Assembly (NCBI GenBank): GCA_964016885.1
Contig: OZ024765.1
Span: 23,498,001-23,562,000 of the forward strand
Reading direction: 5' to 3'
DNA length: 64,000 nt
From: Eledone cirrhosa
Taxonomy: Eukaryota
The notes beneath the pieces were generated by a model. It searched no databases, had not been told where the DNA came from, and saw nothing but the letters and a program-made list of their open reading frames with translations. The first letter of the stretch is position 1. Every line of letters starts with the position of its first letter. The translations under genes and the position numbers were made by a program. This document shows positions 1 to 12,708 of this stretch, in pieces.

Positions 1-606
1 ATTTTTAATAAGTGTATCTCATCGTAAACGTATCTCTTAGAAATTCATAAATGGCTGTGTAAACCCTTATACTTTAAAACAAAATTACAAACCAATTATG
101 TGGTCATTGAAGTTGCAAAAATAGCAGGCAAATCTTATACACTCTGCCACATCCTGTGTTCGTGGCAGCTGAGTATCAACCATCCATAAATCATTTTTAC
201 CCGCTAAGAATCTCAATGGGGGAAAATTTTCTTCAATTTCTGCCAGTATTACAAAACAATGTTATCTTGTAGTTACCCGCGTTAAATTGTTTTTTTTAAA
301 GAAATTCGGTAGTGTCGACCCCATGAACTTCATTTGTTTTCTAATTTGATAACTATGACTATGAAATAAAACGCGTGGTGATATGGAAACAAATCGATTA
401 CGCTAAACGTAAATAAACATAAATAAGTTGCAAATTCGTGTATTATCCCAAAGTGAAAATCCAAGTTTTGCATCAACGTGGTGATTTCAAAGTTTATTTA
501 TTTACACATGGTGGTGGTGGGGATACGGAAATAAACGAAGGTTTGACGAATGACGTCACATTCTTCTACTTTCACATCTGACAGCCAATTCCGTTGTAGT
601 GCCCAA

Positions 607-1651
607 AATAGATTTAGACTAAAACGAACAAAACTTCCCTGAAACAACAAGGTACAGCTAAATATAAACTATATTTTATAATGTAAGGTAGTGAACCACA
701 TAATTAAATAGACGGAGGTAATTTAGATAATAAATATATCATCAATTTACTTAAAGCAATAACACGGTACAGCTAAATATAAACTATATTTTATAATGTA
801 AGGTAGTGAACAAGATAATTAAATAGACGGAGGTAATTTAAAAAATAAAGACAGTCATGATAACAATATATTTTATATAACATGTAACAGTGGAATCTGG
901 TTAATTACTGTATCGTTGTAGGGTTCACATAATTATATTATTTACACACATTAATATAGACATTAAGTAAATCTTTGTCAACTTACCTCCTTCAGATATA
1001 ATCAATGTGTTGTGTTGTTAGTTGTTACTAAACAACCAAAGAAATAATCTCTTTGTTATCAAATTAGAAGTTTCAAAGATGTTATCAGCTTTATTTCACG
1101 ACATTAACCTTCTTCATCTTTAGTCATAAATTGATATCTTGTCAGAATGAAGTAGTGAGGCTGACTTTATGTCTATAGCTACAGATTTGATAGGAAATAT
1201 ATATATATTAGGTTGATATGTGGTTTAAAATATATATATTGTCTATAAATGACTGATAGCAGATGTTCTGGTGAAATAGTAGTTTTACTACTACAGATTG
1301 TAATGGAACTCTTAGTAGACACAATTGTAAAGTAAGAATGGATATGACAGTGTAAGACTGATGTCGAGGAAATAAACTTGTGTATATATATATATATATA
1401 ATTGTTACACAAGATATAATTAGATTAATTAAAGTTATAATGAAGACATCAGGTACTTGGTGTCGTTGGAAATGATTTAACTCCCTTACCGGTGTCATTA
1501 GTTAAAAGTCCCTGATATAATTTAATACATTCAGACAGTTCCAATCGTATTTAATCGATAGTAAATCAAAAGGTATCACTTAGTAAAATATCAATTATAT
1601 ATCTACGTAGTGTCTCTGACTTCTAGAAATAGCAGTGAAATTATCCATTAC
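607..1651 (-). repeat. Duplicated ~1 kb module (115-bp tandem unit x2 plus putative minus-strand 5' exon); paralogue of 18927-20338
   Basis: Near-identical to 18927-20338 from aatagatttagactaaaacgaac to gaaatagcag..attatccattaca; consensus minus-strand donor AG|GTAAGT at 981-988. Confidence 0.85.
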
Positions 1652-2371
1652 AGACTTTTCTTTATTTAAACCATTACGTTTAGTAGATGTTTGTGTTGAG
1701 AATGTGTGTATTTGTGTATTGTATCACGGAAGTCACCATTGTAGATGTTAAAAGCAATGTTGTGGAAAATAGCATCGTACGACTTTGTAATTGTTTATAT
1801 ATAATTTATTTACAGATTACAAAGGTTAGAAGAATGTCTCTTGAAATGATAGTTAATGTTATCAATAAAAAGGTTATAAAGATTTAAAGACGTACGGTCA
1901 ACTGGCTGAGGCGTTAGCCAGACCTGTAGTGATATCTGTTGCTACATATTGTCTATGCTTGAGGAACGAAAGCAAGAGATGTTTACCTTCACTGTGTCGA
2001 GCTGCAAAAGAGAGAGTTTCGAATCTCCGCGGGAATTTTTCCGTCTGGGTGGAAGTTAAGATACATTTTCCTTCGCTGGTAGCGATTGGCTGGACTGAGC
2101 CAAACAACGCACAGAGAATGTATCCATGAGCCCTCGGAATGTAGGTCACTACAATACCCCCTGTTTAGTCTGCAAGACGATATATAACATTGGATCAGCA
2201 GGAAAAATGCTTAAAGAGAGCACATCAATGAAAAAATTGAACAAAAGAATGTATATATATATACGTGTATATATATATATGTATATATATAGAGATATAT
2301 GTATATATCTATATAGATATATATGTATATAGATATGTATATATATATATATGTATATATGATATGTATAT

Positions 2372-3126
2372 ACAGGGTGTGGACGATATTTGGTCGCAAT
2401 TTTCAACTGCTAATTTTATGCAAATTTTTTTTACTTCCGTTGTCACTCTTGTCCTCATAAGAACGGTGACTATATTTCCGTTATTTATTTTCAGAATAAT
2501 TGATTATGAATAATTTTGAACCTCCAAATTTGTGGAAGAGACACGGAGTTCTTCTTGAAATCCGCGCCGGGAGGACAAATAAGACCAGAAGATCAACTCC
2601 CAGAACAACAGGTGGCTTGCTGTCTCATCCAAAGATGTGCCCAGGGTCATGCAGATAAAGTTTCCAGCGACAACATTCGTCTTAGGTGTCGTTAGCAGTC
2701 CAGGTGACGTAATGCCACCCCACTGCTACCCTGAGGGTCTCAAGCTGAACACCGATGGCTACATCTGCGTTCTGAGCCAAGTAGTAAAGCCCTGGATGGA
2801 CCAGGTAGCTGCAGGTAGGCCGTACGTATGGCAGTAAGACTCGGTGCCCTGCCATACCAGCAGAAAGATCCAAGCCTGGCTGTCAGAGAACTTCGTCAAC
2901 CTCACTTCCCCTGCCATCTGGCCTCCCAGCTAGCCTGACTGCAATCCCCTTGACTTCTTTGTGTGGGGCGCAGTGGAACGAGACACCAACACATCTAGCT
3001 GCAATACGAAAGACGATCTGAAGGCCAGGATCACAAGTGCCTTTAGGGGCGTAAGTCAGGGAACAGTGACGAAGGCCTGTAGCCAGTTTCGAGGCCGCCT
3101 TGAGGCCATCATCAAAGCCAATGGCC
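2372..3126 (+). mobile_element. Tc1/mariner DD37D (maT-type) transposon remnant, internally deleted, in-frame stops
   Basis: Starts TA|CAGGGTG; one frame reads YVWQ*DSVPCHTSRKIQAWLSENFVNLTSPAIWPPS*PDCNPLDFFVWG...CSQFRGRLEAIIKANG with 37 residues between the last two catalytic Asp. Confidence 0.85.
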
Positions 3127-3194
3127 TAGGGACCACATTAGGTGATTTAGCGATCTCCGGGCCATTCTGCTAGTAATATATATATAATATATAC

Positions 3195-3303
3195 TGCTTA
3201 GTGGTTAGAGCATTGGGCTTGTAATTGAAAGGTTGTGAGTTCAATTCTCGAACCGGGTGATGTGTTATGTCCTTGAGCAAGACACTTTATTTCATGTTAC
3301 TCC
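3195..3303 (+). mobile_element. tRNA-derived SINE, family 1 (5' part)
   Basis: A-box-like gcttagtggttagagc, B-box-like gagttcaattctc, then gtccttgagcaagacactttatttca; other copies at 31210, 35918, 61850. Confidence 0.75.
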
Positions 3304-3639
3304 TTCTACCTGGAGTTGTGACCAATAGATAGTATTAGCAATTGGAAAGACCAATGGAAACATTGTTTCTTCGGTCCAATTCGACGAAAGTTGATCGACT
3401 GACGATATATGTATATATATATATTATACATATATATGTGTGTCACTTGCTGGATCTGCTAGAAGGACCCAGATAATATGAGATGTTTTATCGGCTGTAT
3501 CATATACTGCAAATCTATGCAGATGTATACACATATATACACAGACACATAAAGATACACAAGTAATTATACACACATAGAAGTGGTTGATAGCTTCTGT
3601 GACTTAATTAGCAGTAGATGATGACTGTATAACACCTGC

Positions 3640-4086
3640 CAATAAAGTATGATGCTGCATGGTAGTGAAACAAGGGCTGTGACAGCAGAAAAAAAGTGTA
3701 GACTGGAGAGAAATGAAGCAACCATGCTTCATTGGATATGCCATTTAAGTGTGTGAGAAAGACAGAGCTTGGACAGGTTTAGGGAGAAGCTGGGTTTAAG
3801 AGGAATCTTAAGAGATGTGTAAGAGAGAAGACTGCATTGGTACGGACATGTGATACACATGGATAATCACAGCTGGGCGAAGAAGTGCCAGGACATCCCA
3901 GTAGAAGGAAGCCATAGTAGAAATAGACCAAGACCTGGACAGCGGCTGTGTGAACTGACTTCAAATGACTGACTCTCACAGAGGATATGACAAGTTGAAA
4001 GATGCCATGTTGAGAAGGACATGTCCAACCCATGGAAGCATGGAAAAACGAACATAAAAACAGTGATGATGTTGATGAAGATGACG
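3640..4086 (+). mobile_element. RTE LINE 3' fragment
   Basis: Degenerate MLHGSET/LERNEA/WYGHV coding remnants ending in a (TGA)n-like tail. Confidence 0.75.
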
Positions 4087-4394
4087 TACATGTACACACA
4101 TACATAATAAATAAATCAAATACAGATATGCTCATACTTATATACAAACACAGATAGAAACATATACATGGACACAAATTTCTACACACATATATATGAC
4201 ATATGTAAATTCTGAACAATACAGATTTGACAGCACAAGTCTTGGTTACAACTTCTACAAATAAAATGAAAGGAGAATAATTTTTTATTAAAACAGTTTT
4301 ATTCAAAATATTAACATTGGTGGCACTATTTTAGGTGAGTGACATGGTTTTTATCTTGTCTGATTGAGTTTCTGTTTCATTAAGTCACCTTTAC

Positions 4395-5100
4395 AAGAGA
4401 ATGATTTATCACAGACATCACAGTAATATGGTTCCTCTCCAGTATATGTTATTGTCTAGTGAAGCCACAACATTTAGAGAATGATTTATCACAGACATCA
4501 CAGTGATATAGTTCCTCTCCTGTATGTTAGTGTCTAGTGAAGCTACATTTAGAGAAGGATTTACCACAGACATCAGTGATATGGTGCCTTTCCTGTATGT
4601 TAGTGTGTAGTGAATCCTCAACATTTAGAAAATTATTTACCACAGACAACACAGTGATATAGTTCCTCTCCTATATGCTAGTGTGTAGTGAAGCCACAAC
4701 ATTTAGAGAAGCATTTATCACAGTGATATGGTTCCTCTCCTGTATATGTTAGTGTGTAGTGAAACCAAAATTAGAAAATGATTTACATGGGTGGAGGTGG
4801 CGAGAGCAGACGTTTGAAGCTCACGGTGGAGATAACGAAGGACCGTGACAAGTGAAGAGATGCTTTGCTGAATAGGACCCATCCCACCCTTGCAAGCAGG
4901 GAAAAGCGGATGTAAAATGATGATGATGATGATGATATGGTTTCCCTCATCTATGCATATATTTAGTTAAATTGCTGCATTAAAAGATATATTTTCCAAA
5001 CATATCAAAGTGATATGGCTTCCCACCTGTATATGTTTGTGTGAAGTTAATGTAGCATTGAAAGAGAATGATTTACCATAGATATTACACTGATATATAT
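4395..5100 (-). pseudogene. Degenerate C2H2 finger repeats downstream of the ZNF stop codon
   Basis: Recurrent agagaatgatttaccacagacatcacagtgatatgg units matching the coding fingers, with indels; interrupted by an RTE tail. Confidence 0.75.
4787..4936 (+). mobile_element. RTE LINE 3' terminal fragment
   Basis: Matches 51952-52103 (acatggg.ggaggtgg...gaaggaccgtgacaagtg) and ends in (TGA)n. Confidence 0.8.
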
Positions 5101-5154
5101 TTGTATTCTCATTAATTCACAATTTTGAGAGTATTTATCACTGATGTCAATGCG

Positions 5155-6765
5155 TTAAGATTTCTCCTCTACATGTATGAGTTTGTGAGTAGTTAGGCTA
5201 CTTTCCCCAAAGAATGATATACCACAGATATCACAGTGATATGACTTGTCTCCTGTATGTATATGTTTGTGTCTAGTTAAGGTACTACTTTGAGAGAATG
5301 ATTTACCACAGATATCACAGTGATATGGCTTGTCTCCTGTATGTATACGTTTGTGTCTAGTTAAGTGACCACTTACAGAGAATGATTTACCACAGATATC
5401 ACAGTAGTATGGCTTGTCTCCTGTATGTATACGTTTGTGGCTAGTTAAGGTACCACTTCGAGAGAATGATTGACCACAGATATCACAGTGATGTGGCTTG
5501 TCTCCTGTATGGGTACATTTGTGGCTAGTCAAGTTACTACTTTGAGAGAATGAATTACCGCAGATATCACAGTGATGTGGCTTGTCTCCTGTATGGGTAC
5601 ATTTGTGGCTAGTCAAGTAACTACTTTGAGAGAATGATTTACCACAGATATCACAGTGATATGGCTTGTCTCCTGTATGTATACGTTTGTGTTTAGTTAA
5701 GTTACCACTTTCAGAGAATGATTTACCACAGATATCACAGTGATATGGCTTGTCTCCTGTATGTATACGTTTGTGTCTAGTTAAGGAACTATTTTCAGAG
5801 AATGATATACCACAGATATCACAGTGGTATGGCTTCTCTCCTGTATGTATATGTTTGTGGTTAGTTAAGTGACTACTATTAGAGAATGATTTACGACAGA
5901 TATCACAGTGATATGGCTTGTCTCCTGTATGTATACGTTTGTGGCTAGTTAAGGTACCACTTCGAGAGAATGATTGACCACAGATATCACAGTGATGTGG
6001 CTTGTCTCCTGTATGGGTACATTTGTGGCTAGTCAAGTTACTACTTTGAGAGAATGATTTACCACAGATATCACAGTGATGTGGCTTGTCTCCTGTATGG
6101 GTACATTTGTGGCTAGTCAAGTAACTACTTTGAGAGAATGATTTACCACAGATATCACAGTGATATGGTTTGTCTCCTGTATGTATACGTTTGTGTTTAG
6201 TTAAGTTACCACTTTCAGAGAATGATTTACCACAGATATCACAGTGATATGGCTTGTCTCCTGTATGTATACGTTTGTGTCTAGTTAAGGAACTATTTTC
6301 AGAGAATGATATACCACAGATATCACAGTGGTATGGCTTCTCTCCTGTATGTATATGTTTGTGGTTAGTTAAGTGACTACTATTAGAGAATGATTTACGA
6401 CAGATATCACAGTGGTATGGCTTCTCTCCCGTATGGGTACGTTTGTGGCTAGGTAAGGCACTACTGACAGAGAATGATTTACCACAGATATCACAGTGAT
6501 ATGGCTTGTCTCCTGTATGTATATGTTTGTGTCTAATTAAGTGACTACTATTAGAGAATGATTTACCACAGATATCACAGTGGTATGGCTTGTCTCCTCT
6601 ATGTATACGTTTGTGTCTAGTCAAGGCACTACTATCAGAGAATGATTTACCACAGATATCACAGTGATAAGGCTTCTCTTCTCTAGCCTTCATCATTTCA
6701 CCAGCAATACTAAACACTTTAGATTGTGTTCCACATTTAATCTTCTCACTCAATTTATTTGACAT
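5155..6765 (-). CDS. C2H2 zinc-finger protein, 536 aa, 18 tandem fingers
   Basis: 32-aa leader plus 18 x 28-aa repeats CxxC-x12-HxxxH with TGE/DKP linkers; no stops; no KRAB-like domain visible. Confidence 0.95.
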   Translation of the reverse strand: MSNKLSEKIKCGTQSKVFSIAGEMMKAREEKPYHCDICGKSFSDSSALTRHKRIHRGDKPYHCDICGKSFSNSSHLIRHKHIHTGDKPYHCDICGKSFSVSSALPSHKRTHTGEKPYHCDICRKSFSNSSHLTNHKHIHTGEKPYHCDICGISFSENSSLTRHKRIHTGDKPYHCDICGKSFSESGNLTKHKRIHTGDKPYHCDICGKSFSQSSYLTSHKCTHTGDKPHHCDICGKSFSQSSNLTSHKCTHTGDKPHHCDICGQSFSRSGTLTSHKRIHTGDKPYHCDICRKSFSNSSHLTNHKHIHTGEKPYHCDICGISFSENSSLTRHKRIHTGDKPYHCDICGKSFSESGNLTKHKRIHTGDKPYHCDICGKSFSQSSYLTSHKCTHTGDKPHHCDICGNSFSQSSNLTSHKCTHTGDKPHHCDICGQSFSRSGTLTSHKRIHTGDKPYYCDICGKSFSVSGHLTRHKRIHTGDKPYHCDICGKSFSQSSTLTRHKHIHTGDKSYHCDICGISFFGESSLTTHKLIHVEEKS

Positions 6766-7110
6766 AATGATATTTTCTTCAACAGAATATACAATTGATT
6801 TACTTGTAATATTTCTTATATTATATTCCTAAATATATCTTCTATATTTCCCTCAACTGTGATTTCAGTTAATATATGAAGATAATAAAAACTTATGTTT
6901 CACCCAAGTTTAGTTAAAATACAAAACCATCTCATAGTGAAGAAAATAAACTCAGTTCTGAGGAAATATTTCACAGTAATTGAACTATAGATTTATATAA
7001 ACAGTGTTATATATGTTCTGTTTAAAATGTTTTAGTCTTCAAATGATGATAAATAGAGGTGATGTATCCAAGATTGAAAATAATAATTTATGCCGATGTC
7101 ATCTGGTATT

Positions 7111-7130
7111 CTGAAATGAAAAGGAAACAG
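7111..7130 (-). other. Probable splice acceptor of the ZNF coding exon
   Basis: Minus strand ctgtttccttttcatttcAG|aatacc: pyrimidine tract plus CAG, 345 nt upstream of the ATG. Confidence 0.6.
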
Positions 7131-7632
7131 GATGAGATAATACAGAATACTTTAGAAGCAGAGATAGATTTAACAGTGGAAATTTTATATTTCTATATTG
7201 ATAAACTATAGATATCAACTTTCCTGTCCAGAGCAATTCTCTCCAATGTAAGCACTGGTATTCAAGCAAGCTCTGTAAATAATATCCTTCTATCTCATGG
7301 GAGGTCTGCTCTATGACAGTTTAGTGAAAAATTCATTCTGATAGGACTTTCTAACGTAGCTAACATCTGCTGATGACATGTCAACACAGGTTTAACATAT
7401 ACATATATAAATATATATACACACACATATATACATATACACATATACATATATATAAATATATATACACACACATATATACATATACACATATATATAT
7501 ATACATATATATACATATACACATATATATATACATATACACACACATATATACATATACACATATATATATATATATATACATATATATACATATACAC
7601 ATATATATATACATATACATATGTATATATAT

Positions 7633-8902
7633 GCAACTTTTACAAACAACCGCAATGACAGAGGACGGAGACATCGTTAAGCTAGCAGGGGACTTCAATG
7701 GTCATATTGGACAGCTCCAGGTTCGTTACATTGGGGTACATGGTGGGCACGGTTACGGCTCAAGAAATGAAGAAGGAGTGAGACTTCTTAAATTTTGTGA
7801 TGCAAGTACACTAACTATTTGCAACACAAACATCCAGAAACCTGCCAATCACCTAATAACCTACAAATCTGGCAAGCACATAAGCCATATTGACTTCTTA
7901 CTATTTAGGCAGTGGGACAGGCAGATAGTGTCCAATACCAAGGCATACCCTGGGGAAGAATGTACCCCACAGCATAGGTTAGTCGTTAGTGATATCTCAT
8001 TAAGCAAGAGATGGAATGAGACATACAGGAAGGTGTGTAAAAGAAAGGTCGGGAAGCTAAAAGAGCTTTCACTAAAATACAAATTTAGGAAAGCCCTTCA
8101 AGATGTATATGACGAAAAAGAAGACGATTTAGAGAGGTATGACATAGATGAAAACTGGAATTTCTTACGTGACAACTTACTGCAGGCTACTGTTGAAACT
8201 TGTGGCTGGAGCATAGGTCCAACCAGACAGTGAGTGACCAGGTGGTGGAACAGCACAGTAGATAAGGCCATTAGAGACAAAAGACTAGCATGGAAAGCTT
8301 GGAAAAAGGGTGGGAGTAGAGAAGGATATACAGCCGCTAAGTGAGAAGCTAGACGTCAGGTGAACTTAGCACGCAGAGAGGCTGAGAGTAGAAGGTTTGC
8401 CAATGTTCTTCGATGGGAAGATCAGAGGCGTGCGGTGTTCCACATTGCAAGGCAGTGTGTCAATGCAAATCAGGATGTTGTTGGAGATAAATGTGTCCGG
8501 AATGATGCCGGTGTACTTAGTGTCACAAATGATCAGAAAAAGGAGGCCTGGAAATGTCATTATGAGAGACTGATGAATGTGGAGCACGAATGGGAGAGAG
8601 AGAAATTACCCTCAGTAGATCCGACGGAGGGACCAGCTATTGAGATTGACGAATATAGGGTACAGGAGGCGACTAAGGAAATGAAAAATGGTAAGGCTTC
8701 TGGACCGTCGGGGATAGTTGCTGAGATGCTGAAGGCATCAGGGTACATAAGCACTAAACAGGTTGCACGTATCATCAATCAGGCTATATATGGTGGTCTC
8801 ATACCCAAAGACTGGTGCAGCAGTATTCACATAAATTGCTACAAAGGTAAAAGGGATGCTCTGGAGAGGAGCAATTATAGGGGTATAAAACTGATGGATC
8901 AG
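7633..8902 (+). mobile_element. RTE LINE, AP-endonuclease to start of RT (disrupted)
   Basis: [41 protein letters not shown]; same family as 49422-50445. Confidence 0.92.
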
Positions 8903-10235
8903 CTTGCAAGGGTGGGACGGGTCTTATTCAGAACAGCATCTCTCGATTTGTCACGGTCCTTCGTCATCTCCACCATGAGTTTCAGCAATCTGAGGTCTGT
9001 TCTCACCACCTCAGCCCATGTTTTTCGTGGTCTACCTCTAATATGTCTTCCTTCAACTGGCATTTCCTGGCACTTCTTCACCCATCAGTCTTCCTCCATG
9101 CGCATGACATGTCCATACCATCTCAGTCTCCTCTCCCAATCTCTACATCCTCTCTCAGACACAGTTTCTCTCTCAACACATCTATGCTGGGTCGTTCACA
9201 CACATTGACATTGCACATCCAACGGAGCATGCTTGCCTCATTTCTCTCCAGCCGTCGCATATCCTCTGCAGTTGCTGCCCATGTCTCACGTCTCACTACC
9301 ATGCTGCATCGCGCTCCTCACACGGGCATCATATAACCGGCCTTTCGTACGCAGGGAGAAACCCTTCTTTGACAGCAGTTCCCTAAACTTCTTCCAACCC
9401 GTCCTTATTCTAGATACTAAAGCCTCGGAACAACCCCCTCCCATTCTAATCTGATCTCCTAGGTACCGGAAGCTATCCACCACTTCTATAGCACCCGCCT
9501 GCATTTGAAAAATGTGTCTATCACTGTCTACGTATTTCTCCCTACCTGTTAGTTTGCCTGCTAACCCGCTAAATCTCTTGTGTACCCAGTATCTGCATTG
9601 TGTGCATTTTATAGAATTTATGCCAGTTCCTTTTCTGCATATCGAACATGGCCATTTCCCTGAAAAAATCAGAGATTTGTCCTCTTTTCTACTCAACACT
9701 TTTGTCTTAGCTAGGTTCACTCTCAGTCCTCTTGTTTCCAACTGCTGTTTCCATAGCCAGAATTTATTCTCTAGCTCCTCTACTGATTCTGCTATAAGAA
9801 CCAGATCATCAGTATAGAAAAGTTCCCATGGACATCCAGTCTTAAACTCCTCTGTTATGGCTTGGAGGACTATAATGAACAAGAGTGGGCTGAGGACGGA
9901 ACCTTGATGTACTCCTACTTGTATTTGGAATTCCTCACTAAACTCCATTCCTACCCTGACTTTACTGACAGTACCTCTGTACAAAGTTTGCACTGTCCTC
10001 ACAAGCCATTCCTCAACACCTAGTTTCCTTAGGGACGACCAGGTGACAGATCGGGGTGCCCTATCAAAGGCCTTCTCTAGGTCAACAAAGGCTCAGTATA
10101 GAGTATAGTGGCTTATTCATCTCTAAGAACCTCTCTTGTAATTGTCTCACCAAGAAGAGGGCATCTGTTGTACTTTTCCCAGGCACAAAACCAAACTGCA
10201 TCTCATCTAGTTTAACCCTTTCATAACCTGATCCA
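8903..10235 (-). mobile_element. RTE LINE RT and 3' half, inverted relative to its 5' half
   Basis: GVHQGSVLSP, LFYTDDLVL, RYLGDQI, GRPRKTW. Confidence 0.92.
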
Positions 10236-10420
10236 CATATATATATATATACATATATATATATACATATATATATACATATATATATATATGTAGGAGG
10301 TGAGTTTTATTGTAGTACAATAAAGCAATGCAGATATCGGATAAGAAGCACTCTACAGTTTGTAGGACTGGAGTATACATAATATATAAGAACAAAAGAT
10401 GGTTAAAAGGAGTTCCATGT

Positions 10421-10489
10421 ATTTTATTATGTGCATTTCAAAAACAAACATCATCATGCAATAATATTTGTGTTTTCATCAGATAAAAC
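10421..10489 (-). ncRNA. Type I hammerhead ribozyme, family A (inverted pLTR copy)
   Basis: gttttat CTGATGA [stem II] GAAA tgcaca TA ataaaat. Confidence 0.75.
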
Positions 10490-10926
10490 AGGAGGACATG
10501 ATATGAAGGCTAAAAAACACTTGTGGATAGTGCAGTTTTAAATCAACATATGAGAAGTAGTTTTAGATTGATGTGTGATATTGGGAAAAATATTTTATTT
10601 AGAGGGGTGGGTGGGTGGAAGGATGAAAAAAAGAGGAGGAGATGAGAGTGGAGGTGGAGAGGGAGGAATATAATGAGGAAGGATGAGATAGGAGGAGAGA
10701 TGGGTGATAGAGAGAGAGAGATAGTTTTTATAACTGAGAAAGATATATTGTTTTACATAGAGAGGTTGAAAACCGTTGGAAGATAATGTATAAATTAAAA
10801 GAATTTGAAAATTAACGAAGGGAAAAATATGTGCGACGAAGGAGAGGGAGTTAATATGTATTGAGAATAATAAGTTTGATGATAGAGAGAATAGAATAAT
10901 GAATTGCGGATGAATATTCTAACGTC

Positions 10927-11763
10927 TCTATTAATAACAATATTCCTAAATTATTCTTTAGTGCCTTAAATAAATGCTTCCCTCCCTCACATATCTATAG
11001 TAAAATATTTAACAAACACACCATCAAATTTTCGTATTCTACATCCTCCAATATTTCCAACATTATCTCTAAACACAACAATAAAATACTAAATATTAAA
11101 TCTCTTCCTCCCAACACTGAATTTCATAATAATAGTAATAGTACTCCCGACGTCATTGTAAACTCTAGGCTAATTTCTACAAACCCAAATACAACGTCAA
11201 ACACAACTTCGCTAAACGTTCATAATCCAACTCTAAATCAAGAAACTATTATTCCTATCGCAAACAACTTCTCCAATCCAATTCCTTCTATAGATAACAC
11301 TAGGTCACTCATTAATAATCTCTCTAATTACAATTGCAATTGCCCTATTAAAAATAAATGTCCTCTCAACAACCATTGTCTTGATAAAAACTTAATTTAT
11401 GAATGTAAAGTTATAACTAACACCAATTCCTTCACCTATTTTGGCTCCACTTCCACCTCTTTTAAAGCTCGTCTCTATAATCATCATTCATCTTTTAAAT
11501 ACAAACTTAAAAGAACCAACACGGCTCTCTCAGAACTCATATGGTCCTTGAAAGACAAAAACATTAAATATACCATCTTTTGGAAGAAGGTTTCTTCTGC
11601 GTCTTCATACTTGAACAGCTCTCTATCTAAAATCTGCAATCTCTGCCTAAATGAAAAATTTACCATTATCTCTAATCTAGATTCTATAATAAATAGACGA
11701 ACTGACTTGTTTTCTATCTGCTTGCATAAATTCCATAAAACATTTCACAAAGTATACAGCTAA
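10927..11763 (+). pseudogene. PLE C-terminal region with GIY-YIG endonuclease (5'-truncated, uninterrupted frame)
   Basis: Stop-free frame: CFPPSHIYSKIFNKHTIKFSYS...CNCPIKNKCPLNNHCLDKNLIYECKV..TYFGST..FKARLYNH..CNLCLNEK..CLHK. Confidence 0.88.
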
Positions 11764-12608
11764 TATTCAATTCTTTATCAATTTAGAATCTTTTTCTCAA
11801 AGGCACGTATACATACACATCTTTTAAAATATACCCATCTTCCTACCTTATTTCAAAGGGTATTATACACTCTATAATACTTGTTTACTCATTACCCTTA
11901 CTCTATTTTCACCTTGTAAAATCCTTCGTAAACATATACATCTGTTTTGACGTCAGATTATTCATCCTTAATTCATTATTTTTTTCTCCCTATCATTTAA
12001 CTCATTCTCAATACATATTAACTTTTCTTTGCACATATTATCAATTCCTTCAATATACAAACCTTAACTTCACATTATTTTTCTCAAATCCTTCAATACA
12101 CAAACCTTAAATTTTTTTTCTCTTCGTTAATTTTCAAATTTCCATAATACGTGTAAACATACACACTTTTTTTTGACGTTAGAATATTCATCCGCAATTC
12201 ATTATTCTATTCTCTCTATCATCAAACTTATTATTCTCAATACATATTAACTCCCTCTCCTTCGTCGCACATATTTTTCCCTTCGTTAATTTTCAAATTC
12301 TTTTAATTTATACATTATCTTCCAACGGTTTTCAACCTCTCTATGTAAAACAATATATCTTTCTCAGTTATAAAAACTATCTCTCTCTCTCTCTATCACC
12401 CATCTCTCCTCCTATCTCATCCTTCCTCATTATATTCCTCCCTCTCCACCTTCACTCTCATCTCCTCCTCTTTTTTTCATCCTCCCACCCCCCCTCTAAA
12501 TAAAATATTTTTCCCAATATCACACATCAATCTAAAACTACTTCTCATATGTTGATTTAAAACTGCACTATCCACAAGTGTTTTTTAGCCTTCATATCAT
12601 GTCCTCCT

Positions 12609-12677
12609 GTTTTATCTGATGAAAACACAAATATTATTGCATGATGATGTTTGTTTTTGAAATGCGCATAATAAAAT
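12609..12677 (+). ncRNA. Type I hammerhead ribozyme, family A
   Basis: gttttat CTGATGA aaacacaaatattatt-gcat-gatgatgtttgttttt GAAA tgcgca TA^ataaaat; palindromic stem III ATGCGCAT; predicted cleavage after 12670. Confidence 0.85.
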
Positions 12678-12708
12678 ACATGGAACTCCTTTAACCATCT
12701 TTTGTTCT

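Noticed and set aside
551-600. CRE (TGACGTCA) and CCAAT as a promoter
   Set aside because: Short motifs with no linked transcript visible in the window
1660-2240. Non-repetitive, moderately GC-rich segment with short ORFs
   Set aside because: No recognisable protein or ribozyme motif; left unassigned
3195-3270. tRNA genes here and at SINE heads (also the tRNA-like stretch 44343-44410)
   Set aside because: No complete cloverleaf; most are followed by SINE body sequence
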